In this document: in pieces, positions 42,786-57,980 of the stretch
How positions within the stretch are numbered: the first letter of the stretch is position 1
Layout of the letters: every line of letters begins with the position of its first letter
DNA from: Octopus vulgaris
Lineage: Eukaryota
Length of the DNA: 64,000 bases
NCBI GenBank assembly: GCA_951406725.2
Contig: OX597814.1
Location: 59,644,001-59,708,000, forward strand
Direction: 5' to 3'
The notes under the pieces: generated by a model
What the model saw: the letters and a program-made list of their open reading frames with translations, nothing else
Database searches by the model: none
What the model was told of the DNA's origin: nothing
Translations under genes and position numbers: made by a program

Positions 42786-42990
42786 TTTTCTTACTTGTTT
42801 CATTCCATAGACTGTGGCCATACTGGAGCATCACCTTGCTGGATTAAGTCGAACAAATCAAGTCCAGGACATCTTTATTTCTAAGCCTTTTACTTATTCT
42901 ATAGGCCTCTTTTTGTCGAACCGCTATTTCAATTTCACAGGTTTGCAAACGAGTCAAATGTTGTTTGCAATCCGTGGTAGGTGACAAAAC
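42786..42990 (-). mobile_element. SINE family B, 3' part
   Basis: tacttgtttca...gactgtggccatactggagca and tacttattctataggcctcttttt.tcgaaccgcta. Confidence 0.7.
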
Positions 42991-43023
42991 AAGCACAAAG
43001 CATACCTTTAGCTATATACACAC

Positions 43024-43060
<37 letters not shown>

Positions 43061-43869
43061 CACACACATATACATATATATACACATACATATACATACA
43101 CACACATATACATATATATATGTATATATATATACATATATATATACATATATATACATATATACATACATATATGCATACATATATACATACATATATA
43201 CACACATATATACATATATATATATATATATATACAGTTACAAAATCTAGCACCATAGGTTAGAAAAACGACCACCATAAAACACATGTTAAAATTGCTA
43301 CATACCAATCAAATTGATTATACAGCAATGAACCCCTGGACAGAAATATACCGAACAGCTATCTTTACACTTACCCACATTTTCTTATGAGCACAATAGA
43401 CAAGATAGACAAATTTCGATCATAAAATTACTATGGTATGCAGACTAACAAAGCTCAACTTCCAAACACAAGCGGGGAAACACCCTAAATGATGCAAAAG
43501 TGAAACTACTTACATAATTTTGTGAACCCTTAAAGAATATCATTACAAATATGTAACACACCCATTTACTTAGTTGTTAAATATTGGATTAAACTTTGAA
43601 ACATTAAACTTTACATTGTCAAAGCAAAGAATAAAGCCCAACATAACCAAATTAACTAAAATTACTGGCACTCCGCTCACCGAACATACTTTCAATACTT
43701 CCCTACATCCAACCACTAAAAAACAATCCCATGACCTGAAGCGTAAACACACCTAAATATACACGTATGACATGAGTCAATCCAATGCCTCACACAAGAG
43801 AGAATATTCAATACTCTTAATCTACCCTTCCTTTCATTCGTTCCTCTTTCTCTTTGTCTCTGTATCTAC

Positions 43870-43946
<77 letters not shown>

Positions 43947-44023
43947 GATACTATAATAATACTATGCTTGTTCCACGTCCTCGCGTTGTTATGTTTTCTC
44001 GTCGTGTTTTCATGTTTGGATTA

Positions 44024-44401
<378 letters not shown>

Positions 44402-44521
44402 TTGCTTTTACTCCGTGTTTTAGTATATTTAACCGGAGAACTCTAATGTTTTGAATTTCTTTATATACCTACACATAAATATGCACATAGACACTCGCAT
44501 ACATATGTGTGTGTTTGTGTG

Positions 44522-44558
<37 letters not shown>

Positions 44559-44804
44559 ACGTGCATATTTTAGCCTCCTAAAATATTTGTGATATGGTTT
44601 GCCTAGAGAGAACAAAAATACATTGTTAAAAAGAAATAGCTGCTTGTCCTCTTGCGATAAGTTGTATTCTATGATCATCTGCGTGATGTCTGTAGAAATT
44701 GTAAAGGTTAAACAGAAGCAGTTATATTTAAATTGTGTTGTTATTAATGACATTTAAATTGTATTACTGAAACTTCACATACACACATATATACATACAT
44801 ACAT

Positions 44805-44886
<82 letters not shown>

Positions 44887-45151
44887 TGTATAAGAATCTT
44901 TATATCTCGTCTAGCTGTTTTTCTCTTGTATCAAGAGCATTCTATAAATTCTAGTTTCTGCTCCTTTGTTTCAAGCAAAAACAGGTAATATTCTTCCAGT
45001 CCCGTATCTGGAGATCAACCCTGTCAAGTAAGAAAGTACTCCACCTACTATTCATGCCATGTTTATCACATCGGGACAGTAGTGTAGAGACAGGGAAATA
45101 AAGAGTGAGATAAAGATTAATGTCGTACATGCAGTCGCTGAGAAATTTTAG

Positions 45152-45214
<63 letters not shown>

Positions 45215-45349
45215 GGAGAGAGAGACACACAAACACTCTACTGTAAACAGATATACGACTGGCTTCAATGAGTTACCCCTCCTCAAATTCCTGACACACG
45301 TCTTACGTAATTATTATATTTTTGACGATTATGATAATTATTCCTTACC

Positions 45350-45737
45350 ATTATAAACACAAGGCTTGAAATTACGAGGAAGGGGAAAGTCGAACAGATT
45401 GACTCCAGTGTGCAACTGGTACTTGTTTTATCAACCCCCAAAGGATGAATGCCAAAGTCAACCTCGGCAGAATTTGAACTCAGAACCTAGCGGCAGACGA
45501 AATAACTATTTCTTTACTATCCACAATGGGCTACACACGGAGGGGACAAACAAGGACAGACAAACGGATTAAGTCGATTATATCGACCCCAGTTCGTAAC
45601 TGGTACTTATTTAATCGACCCCGAAAGTATCAAAGGCAAAGTCGACCTCGGCGGAATTTGAACTCTGAACGTAACGGCAGTCGGAATACGGCTACGCATT
45701 TCGCCCGGCGTGCTGACGTTTCTGCCAGTTCGCTGCA
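45350..45737 (-). mobile_element. SINE family A, dimeric copy
   Basis: Same two-unit architecture as 17809-18203 and 37958-38360. Confidence 0.88.
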
Positions 45738-46139
45738 TTGATTACGATAAATGTGTATTTTAATTAAAATACATTTAATTACGAAATGCAACTGATTTGT
45801 AAAAGTAATTTGTAAAACATCTTTAACAGTAATATTACTATTTTTTTTTTGTTTTTGTTTTTAATAGAAAAATAATTTCTATTTACATGTATTGATAGAA
45901 TGTTGATAAATATTATTTATATTTAACTATAGTTTAAATGAAATTATTCTGTACACTTTAAATACACTTCCTTTCAGTTCAGTTTTGCGAGTTGCTGGCA
46001 GTGTTCATAACTTTTCATTTACTTGTTTTTTAGTTTACTTCCCCTTTTCCTTGGTTGTTTGTAAATATCGGAGTCATATTATACTTACTAGCTCTCTCTA
46101 TATATGTCTATATATATGTCTATATATATTATATATATA

Positions 46140-46204
<65 letters not shown>

Positions 46205-46385
46205 TTTCATCTTCTAACAATCAATACTAGTTCTTCTTTATATATAAGTAATGTAGACCCGTGAGATATAAATGGTTCACGATCTTTCTTAACCCAATAT
46301 TTTCTATGTATCTTTGGTTGTTTACTTCAAATAATACCATTGATATACATACTGCGTGGCGGTCTTACCACTGAAGATGTGTTTC

Positions 46386-46416
<31 letters not shown>

Positions 46417-46438
46417 TGTATGTATGTATATGTATATA

Positions 46439-46492
<54 letters not shown>

Positions 46493-46679
46493 GAGATATG
46501 CATTCATACATAGACGTATATAGAAAATTGTACATTAATAAGCAGATAATTCTTGTGTTCCAAAACAACTAGAATTAATTTCTACATATCACAAATAGAT
46601 CAAAACTATTTCCATAACAGTGTTCAATATGGTAATGCGTAAAACTTGAGTGAATTTTGTTTTGCCATTGAAATAGACA

Positions 46680-47300
46680 AGATTGATATGTCCAATTGTT
46701 TCATGCTTTCAAGTTATCCTTTTATAGAATTAATGCAAGATTGTTGTGCCATATCTAGGCCACATGCTGGTGATACACAGCTGGATGAATTCATTGAGAA
46801 ATGGAGACTCATGTAATCTGCACATATTAATCAATTAATATTCAGGCAACTTTGTCCATATTTGAGAACCTCACATGTTTTGCAGCCAGTAGTTACGTAC
46901 ACTCAGCAATCAATTCAGAGGGAATACAGGTCTATTGCCGGTCCCTAAATATTTTCGAAATTTTTATAGAACGATTTAATGTGTCTTCATTGTGCTACAC
47001 AATCAATATCATTAACTATCTTTACCCATCAAGTCTTAAACCATAATATCTACAAGCCCCTTTACAACTATTACGGGCATATTTAAAAACTTATTATTTC
47101 AAATTTTTATTCTACATAATAATGACTAGTTTTAAGGTAGATGTCGACCCATTTCTGATGCTAATGTTGTATCGATGCACTTCGAAGATGCATTTTTATC
47201 ATATATAAATTCATTTGAGAGCTCATCAACTTTGAATGACTTGTCATATGATGTTCATACGAATTTCAGTAAGAAATTCCGCAACATAACAGAAATAATC
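46680..47300 (-). pseudogene. Possible decayed hAT transposase C-terminus
   Basis: Fragments across frames (FKVDELSNEF...CIDTTL, RFSNMDKVA, MAQ/NNLALI) resemble the hAT dimerisation region; many stops. Confidence 0.3.
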
Positions 47301-48022
47301 GACAGCCAACAAATGGTTTGGAATTAACAAGAGAAAACGTCAACTTTTTAGCGTTTTTTTTTTAAATGACTATTTAATCAAGTATATGCATATCCAAAAT
47401 ATATTTTGCTATTAGGGGAATCTAATGTATTTTTCACTGAGAATCACGCTCATTACAAAAGAAGGACAAATACAATCCATTTCTATTCATTTTATTTTCA
47501 TTGCACATTCCAGTGACATCTGACTAAGTATGAAAATCTTAACTTAGCTTTAAACTTGCAAAACAGACCAAGGTAATTTCGAGGGGAGTTTGTAATTACA
47601 GGTAGCTTTTATAAAAGCATTTTTGTCTTGTTTGTGGCATCACATTCTGACAACCTAGCAACATAGTAAAGTACATTTCTCTGTTTCAAATCTAACTTCT
47701 TATCATAATGTGATCATTTTGAATCTGGGAATTGGTAAGACGTTCTAGTAAAATTTTATTTATGGAAAATGCACTAAAAGGCTATTTTCATTTTCAGTTC
47801 AAAACAAGAAATAGTTATGTAAATTTCGCTAAAACCAAGATCCAAACTTCGGTTACTTAGAAATTTTTTTATCATTTACAGCATAGTTTCAATATTATCC
47901 TATAAACGGAAAATACAATGTGGGATGTTCAGAAAAGTTATCAGGTAGGATATTAAGAAAATAATATTTATAGTAAGGTGTATTGATTTATTATAATATT
48001 TATAGTATCTTAGGTAAAATAT

Positions 48023-49519
48023 TGTTGTTGTTGTTGTTGGCATACTTTTTGTCTCTGGAGACAATGGAGTTGCGCATAAAGTAGTCTAGTCCGGCTTTTA
48101 CATTTCATGTCCTGATACATTTCCTGCTGTGGCTGTGTAGTCCTATCCTGGACAAACACTCCCTCTGGCAGGTACCGCAAATGTAGTGAAGACTGTTCCT
48201 GGCTGGTTGTAATGCCATAGTTTCTTGTTGACGTCTTTTCTTGTCTTTCCATTTCTCCTCTCTCTCTCTGTCACTCCTGTGTATTCCGTCTCCCACGGTA
48301 CGTCGCCAGTCTCCACGGTTGCCGGCAACTGCCTCCCAACCGCGAATATTGATGTTGCAGGCCTTCATGTCCCTTTTGCAAACATCCTTGTAACGTAAGA
48401 GCGGTCTACCCACAGACCTAGTACCCCTAGCAAGCTCTCCGTCGAGTATGCCCTTGGGGATTCTGCCATCTTTCATACGGCTAACATGCCCAAGCCATCT
48501 CATACGTCTTTGTGTGAGGAGTGCAAACATGCTTGGTATTCTTGCTTGCCTGAGGAGCCTCACTTCCATACAGTAGAGTGCTAAGTACACATGCCTGGTA
48601 GATCTTCATTTTCGTGGTCTTGGTCAGCTTATTGTTGTCCCAAGCCCGTTTGGAGAGTTGGACCATCGCAGCAGCTACCTTGCGTATATTGAGCTCAGCG
48701 TCGAGGGATAGGTTGTAGGTGACGGTAGAGCCCAGATAGGTAAACTTCTCCACCTCTTGTAAACTGTGGTCTCCAATATGTATGTTTGGGATGTCCGATG
48801 TAGCCTGGCCCATGATGTTGGTCTTCTTAAGGCTGATAGCTAAGCCAAAGTCGTTACATGCTTGCTCAAAACAGTTAATGAGCCTTTGGAGGGCTTCTTC
48901 TGTGTGTGATACCAGAGCGGCATCATCAGCAAATAGCATCTCCTTGATCAGGACGTTTCTGATTTTGGTCTTGGCACGCAGGCGCGAGAGATTGAACAGT
49001 TTCCCGTCACTTCTACTGTGCAGAAACACTCCATCATCTGATGCCTGTAAGGCATGTGAGAGTAAGAGCGAGAAGAAGATGCCAAACAATGTAGGAGCGA
49101 GGACACAACCTTGCTTTACCCCGTTTTTTTATTTGGAAGGCGGCTGATGTTGAACCGTTGTGCCTTATGGTGCCTTGCATGTCATCATGGAAAGACTTGA
49201 TGATCCTCAGCAGCTTTGGTGGACATCCGATTTTTTGGAGCAGGATGAAGAGGCCTGTTCTGCTTACCGAGTCAAAGGCCTTTGTTAGATCAATGAAGGC
49301 CATATATAATAGCATTCTCTGCTCTCTGGACTTCTCCTGAAGTCGGCGTATGGAGAATATCATATCGATAGTTGATCTGCTTCTTCTAAAGCCACACTGC
49401 GAATCCGGATAGATTCGAGAAGCAAGTAGTTGTAGCCTGGCCAGGATAACGCGGGCAACGGTCTTTCCAACAGTGCTTAAAAGAGATATTCCACGGTAAT
49501 TGTTACAATCACCACGATC
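48023..49519 (-). mobile_element. 5'-truncated RTE/BovB-like LINE
   Basis: DCNNYRGISLLS, QCGFR, FIDLTKAFDSV, GVKQGCVLAPTLF, MLFADDAAL, FTYLGS, RWLGHVSRM.DGRIPK and C-terminal CxxC..SRIGLHSH. (CAA)n 3' tail. Candidate 7-bp TSD aaaatat (48016-48022 and 49520-49526). Frameshifts and an internal deletion near 48555. Confidence 0.93.
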
Positions 49520-50356
49520 AAAATATACAAAACATTTAAAAGTAGAGGACATCTATGATCGCTGGATCCTGATGTGCATTTCTGAAATGTTAGCATTTTG
49601 CAGAAAATACTTATCATCCCATTAAAAAGTGACCCAAATTATTAATACAATTTCAAGTTACCGTCTTCACGCCTGTACACAATTAACCAATTTTGTTTGG
49701 GTTCATTAATGTATGAACTGACCGCCTCTTGAAATTTGCAGCTGACATCGAAACTATTATTATGCGGTAGCAAATATGATGATACGTAACCCGATATTTT
49801 TGTATGCATCTATTCTCTATTTTCGCTATAAGATAGAAAAGAAGACTCAACATTTAGAGATACAGCTAGCACTTGAATGATCAAAAATATTGATTTTCAC
49901 AATAGAAATGGGTCTAAAATGTGCAACTTACGTACAACTGAGAAACGCTCATCTTCGTTAACATCAACAATACCAATAATTATCTAAACTCTTATTTGCT
50001 ATCATTTCCACAAGTAACATTTAGTATTTTTGAGGTGCAGATTAGATTTACATTAAACTGACCTCTATTAACACATCATGTGTGCCCTATTTATTCATTT
50101 ATTTTAGTGTGAATTTTATCCACAATGCTTTTAACATTTCCGCCCTTCTATCCAATAGTTTCTTTTTTTCATAATCAATCAAGCATTTTCTCTTAACCTG
50201 GTGATAGTTACGATTCCATATTTTAATCTTTCAATCGCTTGACATTTCGGTCTAAATTTTGCAATGTGCCTGGAAAAACTACCCATCTCATCCAAGACAG
50301 TTTAATGAAGTCACTCATTTTGTAACAATTTATCCACGACTCATAGGTATTGTTTT

Positions 50357-50855
<499 letters not shown>

Positions 50856-51052
50856 TATGTACATATTCACTTTTAAATATTTTTTCAGGTACGGGTATTG
50901 TTTCACGAAGTTTGCGTTGCATATACGTAATTTGTAGTTCGGTGGGTTCTGCTAAAGCTTAGAGGTGAATAATGTGTTGTAAGTGAATTTGGCAGACAAA
51001 AACTGTGCGGTAGCCTATTAAATATATATTTATATATATATATATATATATG

Positions 51053-51110
<58 letters not shown>

Positions 51111-51960
51111 CGTACATATGTGTGTGAGAGTGTGTTGGATTGTGTGTGTATATGTATAAGTAGAGCTACCTTTTTCTATTTGTCCTCTTTCATTTGACGC
51201 TGGAGTTGGCTTCTTTACTTCCCCGTAACTTGGCAGCTCAGCTTGGACATAATGATTAACTGACAAAATATAACTGGGTTAGATTTCTTCAACTAAACTC
51301 TTTGGACTGCTACCACAGTATGACTTTAGTTCCATAAGATATTTGTTCAGATTATTATCATTATTTTCATTAATGTCTTCGTAGGTTCCATTCTCAGCTT
51401 CTTAGTATTAGTTGACTTCTATTCATTTTTCATATTGTAGGCAGTACAGACTCACGAGAGTCCTTCAACAAATGTGTTATCATCCTTTCCCTAACTTTCT
51501 CTCTGGCTTTTCCGTTATTCTTTTTCCTTTCATATTTACTCCGGTTCTTCTAGCTTTAATTGCTTTATCGAATATATTTTCATATCTTCTTGATTTTTAT
51601 TTCTATACCCAGCTGTGTACATTTCCTTTTTTTCCCACGGAATCACCTCATATTTCCTGCCAAGATTTCTAAATAGCATTTAATTCTTGATTTATTTTTT
51701 CTATATTTTATATCAGTCTATTATAGACTTTCATATCCTCTAACGCACTCTTTGCTCTGGCAATTTCCTGTCCTCAGAAGATCCAAAACACTAATTTGTA
51801 AGGAACATTTTAATGCATATATGCCTGCTCACTTTCCTGACTGTGGATTCTCTGTTTATTTGAAATACGTATTGATTATATGTGTGTATATTAGCAATCC
51901 ACACGCAAACATTTTTGTGTTTTTGTATATTTATATGTGTGAGTGTGTGTGTAATTATGC

Positions 51961-52044
<84 letters not shown>

Positions 52045-52809
52045 GCATACATACACTTATGAACACACACACATATATATATGTACATGCTCATACACGC
52101 GTATGTGTGTGCGCATGCGCACCATCTTCCATTTACATACGCATACGAAGGGCATAGAAATTATGTTTCTGAATTATTTATTACATACATCAATATGTGT
52201 AGACGCAAAATTTTGTAAGACTATGGTGGTTATACATATAAGGATCCCTATATCTATATCATTCTGAATATATGTAGTCATAGGTATTTGCATACGCACT
52301 CTGTTGTTATAAATCTTCAAGATATGTACACGTGTGTCCTTTATTATATTCAAGAACATATCTATAATTGACATTTTTCTCTCTTCAGACGACATTTTAA
52401 AATGCCTTAGTGCATTTATTTTCTTATGTGCATCCCTCTCTCTTTCTTCCTTCCACTCTTTCTTCATTTCTTTGTTTCCTTATTTCTTTCTTTCTTTCTC
52501 TCTCTCCCTCTTTCTCTCTCAATTTATTTCTATTTTCACTCTTTCTTTTCTGACCTTATGCCGGCTGTTTTTGTCTGTGCATCTAGTTCGAGTTTTAGAT
52601 TTCTATCTGTCTACATTTATATTTTTACTTGTCTCTGATCTTCTCATTCTGTCTACCTCTCCTAAAAAGTATCGAAAGAACGAGAAAAATGTAACACCAG
52701 AAAGAGATAGAGAGAAGTGGGTTAGACAAGAATACGTAAGTTTTTCCTTAAACATATAGAAATATTGCCTGTCGATATCGTTAACCCCTTAACGTTATGA
52801 AATGCAGCG

Positions 52810-53280
52810 AGATTATGCTGGAAAGTGTAACTGAGAATAATGAGCATAAGGTTTTGTGCGAGTTTACAATCTAATGTTATACAGTCACTGATATTTGAAG
52901 GCTAGACATTATGGTAGCTGATAAAAAGATGAAGGAAAGCGAGAGATAACCGTTGTCATACCTGAGGTTGCAGGAATGGATGACAAAGAACTGGAAAGGA
53001 CTGAAACCACTAAGAGATGAGATTGCAAGACTGTGGGCAATGAAGAAAAGAATTGTTATCCGAGTAATTGTAGAGACATTGGGAGTGTTAACAATCGGGC
53101 TTAAAAAATTGTTGGAGAAATTGGGATTGACACTTGGGTAGATTATGTTCAGAAAACTGTCTTATGGAGTACAGCAAGATTTTGAAACTGCAACTTTGAT
53201 GTTAAGTATCGCAGAAGTAGACCCTGTGCAACCCCTGAAAACAGGTGGTCGTCCGCTCTTACAGAACTGGACAGAGCATG
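52810..53280 (+). mobile_element. Decayed R4/Dong-clade RLE fragment
   Basis: ESVTENNEHKVLCEF..., RLDIMVADKK, KPLRDEIARLWAMKKRIVIRVIVETLG, VQKTVL. Confidence 0.7.
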
Positions 53281-53290
53281 TCTAATCATT

Positions 53291-53438
53291 AAGGCGGTGA
53301 GTTGGAAGAAATCTTAGCAAGCCAGGTGAAATGCTTAGCGTTATCTCATCTGTCTCCACGTTCTGATTTCAAATTCCACCGAGGTCGACTTTGCTTTTCA
53401 TCCTTTCGGGGTCGATAAATTAAGTACTGGGGTCGACC
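53291..53438 (+). mobile_element. SINE family A
   Basis: aaggcggtgag head; gaggtcgactttgcttttcatcctttcggggtcgataaattaagtac core. Confidence 0.82.
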
Positions 53439-54169
53439 TAATTGGTGGTGTTATTGGTGGTGGATGATGATGCTGATGTTTATGATGATGATGATTTCCT
53501 TATTAGCCACATGGGTTGCAAACAGTACGAGAAGAAATGTGGCTATTAAGAAATACATACATTAAGAAATAGACAGTGTTTTGAGGTATCGAATGTATTT
53601 GTTATCAGGTGGTAGGCTTTAATAATCGCTCTCTTGAGATAGTTACTCGAATTTCTGTCTACATAAAAACTTTGCTCTGCCGAAACATTTTTGCAGCTAA
53701 ACATCCTATATGCACAAATATTGGGCAAGTGAGTTGTCTATTTGATTCAGTGCGAGAATAAGAAACTACTTTTAGTAGGTATCGACTGTTGTTTACATAT
53801 CCTTCACGTCTGTGTGGGAAGGAATATATTTCATATCTACTTATATATTTCTGTCCAAAGTGTTTTCGAAGTTTATTCTAAACGTCAGTGCTTGTTTTCA
53901 CACTTTTATGTTGTGAGTAATATAAATAATTATTTTCATACATCCAAAATAACTCTGGTGGTTGGAAAAATAGGAATTTGCATCATATTTGATGAACGAA
54001 TGCCAGGGAAATATATCTTGCATATCACACGCATCGTGTAATACACATGACAGGCAAAAGGTAAGATATGAGAAATATGATTTCTAAAGATAAGTAAACC
54101 GAGCTTGTCTCTGTTATTGGGTTGACCAAATGGTCCGTTCAGTGAATATATATACAACTTTTAAATGCA

Positions 54170-54620
54170 AAGCGATCTATTCAATCAATTATATAATCAG
54201 TTTCGTTCCAGTATCATCTACCAACTTCAGGTATAGATCAATTCTTGCCTGCTCACACTGAATTTTTATATCCTCTTGAAGCTCTGCCCATTAAAAATTT
54301 TTGAAAGGCCCGAAACTGGTGGAAAACTGAAGGCACAAATTCGGGTGAATGCAGAGGGTGAGGCAAAGCTTTTTAGTCAATCGCCATCAAATTCTGTCAC
54401 GTGTTAAAAAAATTGTCCGGTCTGGCATTATTGTGAAAAAGGACAATGTTCTTAGGATTAGCAAGTGTTGGGCGCTTCTGGTGGATTGCTGTACTTAAAT
54501 TATACATCTGGTTACATAACGCATCGGGATTTACGGTCCTGACCGTAAGAAAAAGGTCGTTAACGATAACACCCTTTCAATCCCACTAAAAGATTGAAGG
54601 GTTAACTATCCTCGTGTCAA
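54170..54620 (-). mobile_element. Mariner transposase C-terminal remnant
   Basis: LFHNNARPD and LPHPLHSPEFVPSVFHQFRAFQKFL (decayed HDNARPH and PHPPYSPDLAPSDFHLFRSLQNFL). Confidence 0.7.
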
Positions 54621-54881
54621 GATCTACGCTTTACTTATGATTATTTGCGTTTCATACTGTTATCGAGGATGCATATTTTGTATCCTGTCAACGTTGCATA
54701 GTATTATATATCACTTTGAATGCACACAAACATTCGGGTGTATGTGTGTGTGCGAAATCATATACATAATATTACATACAAATAGACAAACGAAAAAACA
54801 CACGCATATTTGTAAATACACGTATGTTCATGTATACGTGAATGTATATATGTATATATTCAAATATATATATATTTATAT

Positions 54882-55095
54882 ACTTTTATTCTTTTACTTG
54901 TTTCAGTCATTTCGCTGCGACCATGCTGGAGCACCGCCTTTAGTAGGGAAAATCGACCTCAAGACTTATTCTTTCTTACCCTAGTACTTATTCTATCGCT
55001 CTCTTTTGCCGAACCGCTAAGTTACGGGGACGTAAACACAGCAGCATCGGTTGTCAATCGATGTTGGCGGGGGATAAAGTCAGATACACAAATAC
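54882..55095 (-). mobile_element. SINE family B, 3' part
   Basis: ttcttttacttgtttcagtcattt..ctgcg.ccatgctggagcaccgcctttagt...gaaccgctaagttacggggacgtaaacac. Confidence 0.85.
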
Positions 55096-55172
55096 ATACA
55101 CACACATACATATATATATATACATTTATATATGTACATATATATATATATTCATATATATACGCATACATG

Positions 55173-55257
<85 letters not shown>

Positions 55258-55286
55258 ATACATATACTAATATATATGCATATGTA

Positions 55287-56258
55287 TAGGGGTTGGACAA
55301 AATAATAGAAACAACTTGCATCATAGCATCATAATTTTGAAATATTTATAAAACCCCAAAAGCTTCTTCATTTTTATGTATTTGATTGATTTTTAGTATT
55401 GCATAATGCTTTGCTAAAATTGATGTTTCTTTTCAGATATAATCAGAAAAATGTAATTGAAATTCATTAGAATGGCAGATCTATCTGACTTTCAAAGAAG
55501 TCAAATTGTTGGTACTCCTATGGTAGGCGCTAGCGTAACGAAAACAGCCGAACTAGTTTGTGTATTAAGAAGTACTATCTTGAATGTAATAACAGCCTTT
55601 GAGAAAGAGAGAAAATATTAGTCGTCGAAACAAAACTCTGGAAGAAAACCAAAATTTTCAGGTAGGACTCTTACGCGAATTGTTAGAAAGGATCACAAAA
55701 GTACAGCTCCCAAAATTTCCTCGAGTATCCAGTTCCCACAAAAACTGTTCGACAGGAGCTGCACAAAGCCGGATTTGCAAAGCAAATGGAGTAAAAACCT
55801 ACAGAATTGGTTCCTAGAGTAGTGGAAGAATGTTATTTTCTCAGACAACACTTCCTTTACCTTATTTCTGTCCAGGGGCCGAGTATACGTGTGGAAACAG
55901 CAAAAATAAGCATTTGACTCGCACTACCTTCTTCCAACTGTAAAAACATGGATACTGAATGGCACGAGGGACATTCTAGTGAAGTTGAACATCTGTCCAC
56001 CACAGTCCCCAGATCTCAATATTATTGAACATTTATAGTTCATTTTAGAAAAGCAAGTAAGGAGTCTATATCCACCACTAAAAATCTGGAGACTATTTTA
56101 GCTGATGAATGGACAAAAATGCCTTTGGAAACAATTCAAATTTTGTACGAGTCCACATCTCATAGAATTCAAACTGTACTGCCAAAGGCGGTCCTACTCG
56201 CTATTAAAATAAATTTGTTTGACATTTTAAGTTGTTTCCATTATTTTGTCCAAACCCT

Positions 56259-56259
<1 letters not shown>
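55287..56259 (+). mobile_element. Internally deleted Tc1 element, ~0.97 kb
   Basis: ~30-bp TIRs (c/t)aggg.ttggacaaaataat.gaaacaactt with TA flanks. MADLSDFQRSQIVG from 55472, WKNVIFSD, GRVYVWK, PPQSPDLNIIEHL. Confidence 0.88.
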
Positions 56260-56298
<39 letters not shown>

Positions 56299-56325
56299 GT
56301 ATATGTGTGTGTATATGTATGTATG

Positions 56326-56357
<32 letters not shown>

Positions 56358-57019
56358 TGTATGTATGTATGTATGTATGTATGTATAAATACTTATATAA
56401 GCATATATATATATATATATATACATACACACATACGCACACACACATACATACACACACACACATATGAACGAGAAAGTAAACTGTAGCAATGTATATT
56501 TGTTTCAAAGTAGCAACATTTTATTTTTACCTACGTACATTTTTAATATATTACTTCACTTTCTTTACATTCGTCATACAGTTTTCAATGACAGGCTTAC
56601 GCGCCCGCGTACACTAACACACAGACACAACCACGCGCGAACGTACATAAGCAGAAACATACAGGCACATGTAAACGTCTGCATACACAGAGCTTTTCAT
56701 TAAACTTCATGTGTAACTATGCGTCTGCTTATGAGTGTATATTATGTTGTTTGAAGTGATGTGTGTGAGCGTATTTAGATACATATCGGGGCTGAAGTAA
56801 ACGTTGCTTGTAATTTATTTGTTTTCGCGTATTCATATAAGAACTAAAAATAAGAAGTTCTGCACTTTAGCTGTACTTGTATGGATTTGTAAGTCTACAT
56901 CTTTATCGATATTTGTAGCCACGGATATCAGCATTTACAGTCATGTTGACGTACACTACAAAGAACATTTCATGTATCCGTAATATATATGTGCGTGTGT
57001 GTGTGTTTGTGTGTGTTAC

Positions 57020-57056
<37 letters not shown>

Positions 57057-57068
57057 CGTCATATATGT

Positions 57069-57105
<37 letters not shown>

Positions 57106-57109
57106 ATAC

Positions 57110-57161
<52 letters not shown>

Positions 57162-57170
57162 ATGCTCATA

Positions 57171-57367
57171 CAAATAAGAAAATGGAGAAACAATTTAGTT
57201 GGTTCACCAGGTTTCGGATATTAGAATGTTGACTTATTTATGCATTTAACAATAATGTATATATGTATGCTATTAAGGTTCTCGTTTTTGTTAAATATAT
57301 AAATGTCAACGTTCTAATATCCAAAAGCTGATGAACCAACTAAATTGTTTCTCCATTTTCTTATTTG
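57171..57367. repeat. Inverted repeat, ~63-bp arms with ~71-bp spacer
   Basis: 57171-57233 caaataagaaaatggagaaacaatttagttggttca...gttgac is the reverse complement of 57305-57367, with about four mismatches. Confidence 0.9.
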
Positions 57368-57545
57368 CATTATAAATTACTGGTAAATTATTTCTTTACC
57401 TTCACCCATTTAATACAATAAATAAGTTAATTGCATTTCAATTAAAAACACTTGGGTATTAATAATTTGGGTATTATACCAACAGTATGTTGGATAAATA
57501 TTATCCCTTAGTGGGTTTGATCCACAATCCCTAACTTACTTGGTG

Positions 57546-57980
57546 TGGAGGAGGTGTCCTACTGGGGCTACAAACTACAGTAGCATCCACCCTTAGGGGT
57601 TAGCCATATTTGAATGGCAAATATACGTCACGATGTGTTGCAGCTACTGTTTATAACTCGCTCTAAGATTTATTATTGCTTGTTTACACTTTTTTGATAT
57701 CAGTGTCTTTACGATACTGGAAAAAGTATATGTATATGTGAAGGGAACCTACTTTTCATCGACAACTGTGATTGTCACACGCCGATGACGGGTCAATACT
57801 CAGAAACTCGAGTCCATGTGTATCATAAGTTGGAGACGGGAAGGATGGCTTCCCTTTGCAAATACTGATAGGGCACAGAAAGTGTGTCTATAGCCAGCTG
57901 GAGGAGGTGTCCTCCTGGGGCTACAAACTACAGTAACATCCACCCTTAGGGGTTAGCCATATTTAAATGGCAAATATACG

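Noticed and set aside
57326-57345. CTGATGA inside the 57.2-kb inverted repeat
   Set aside because: There is no downstream stem II or GAAA, and the mirrored arm reads CTGGTGA.
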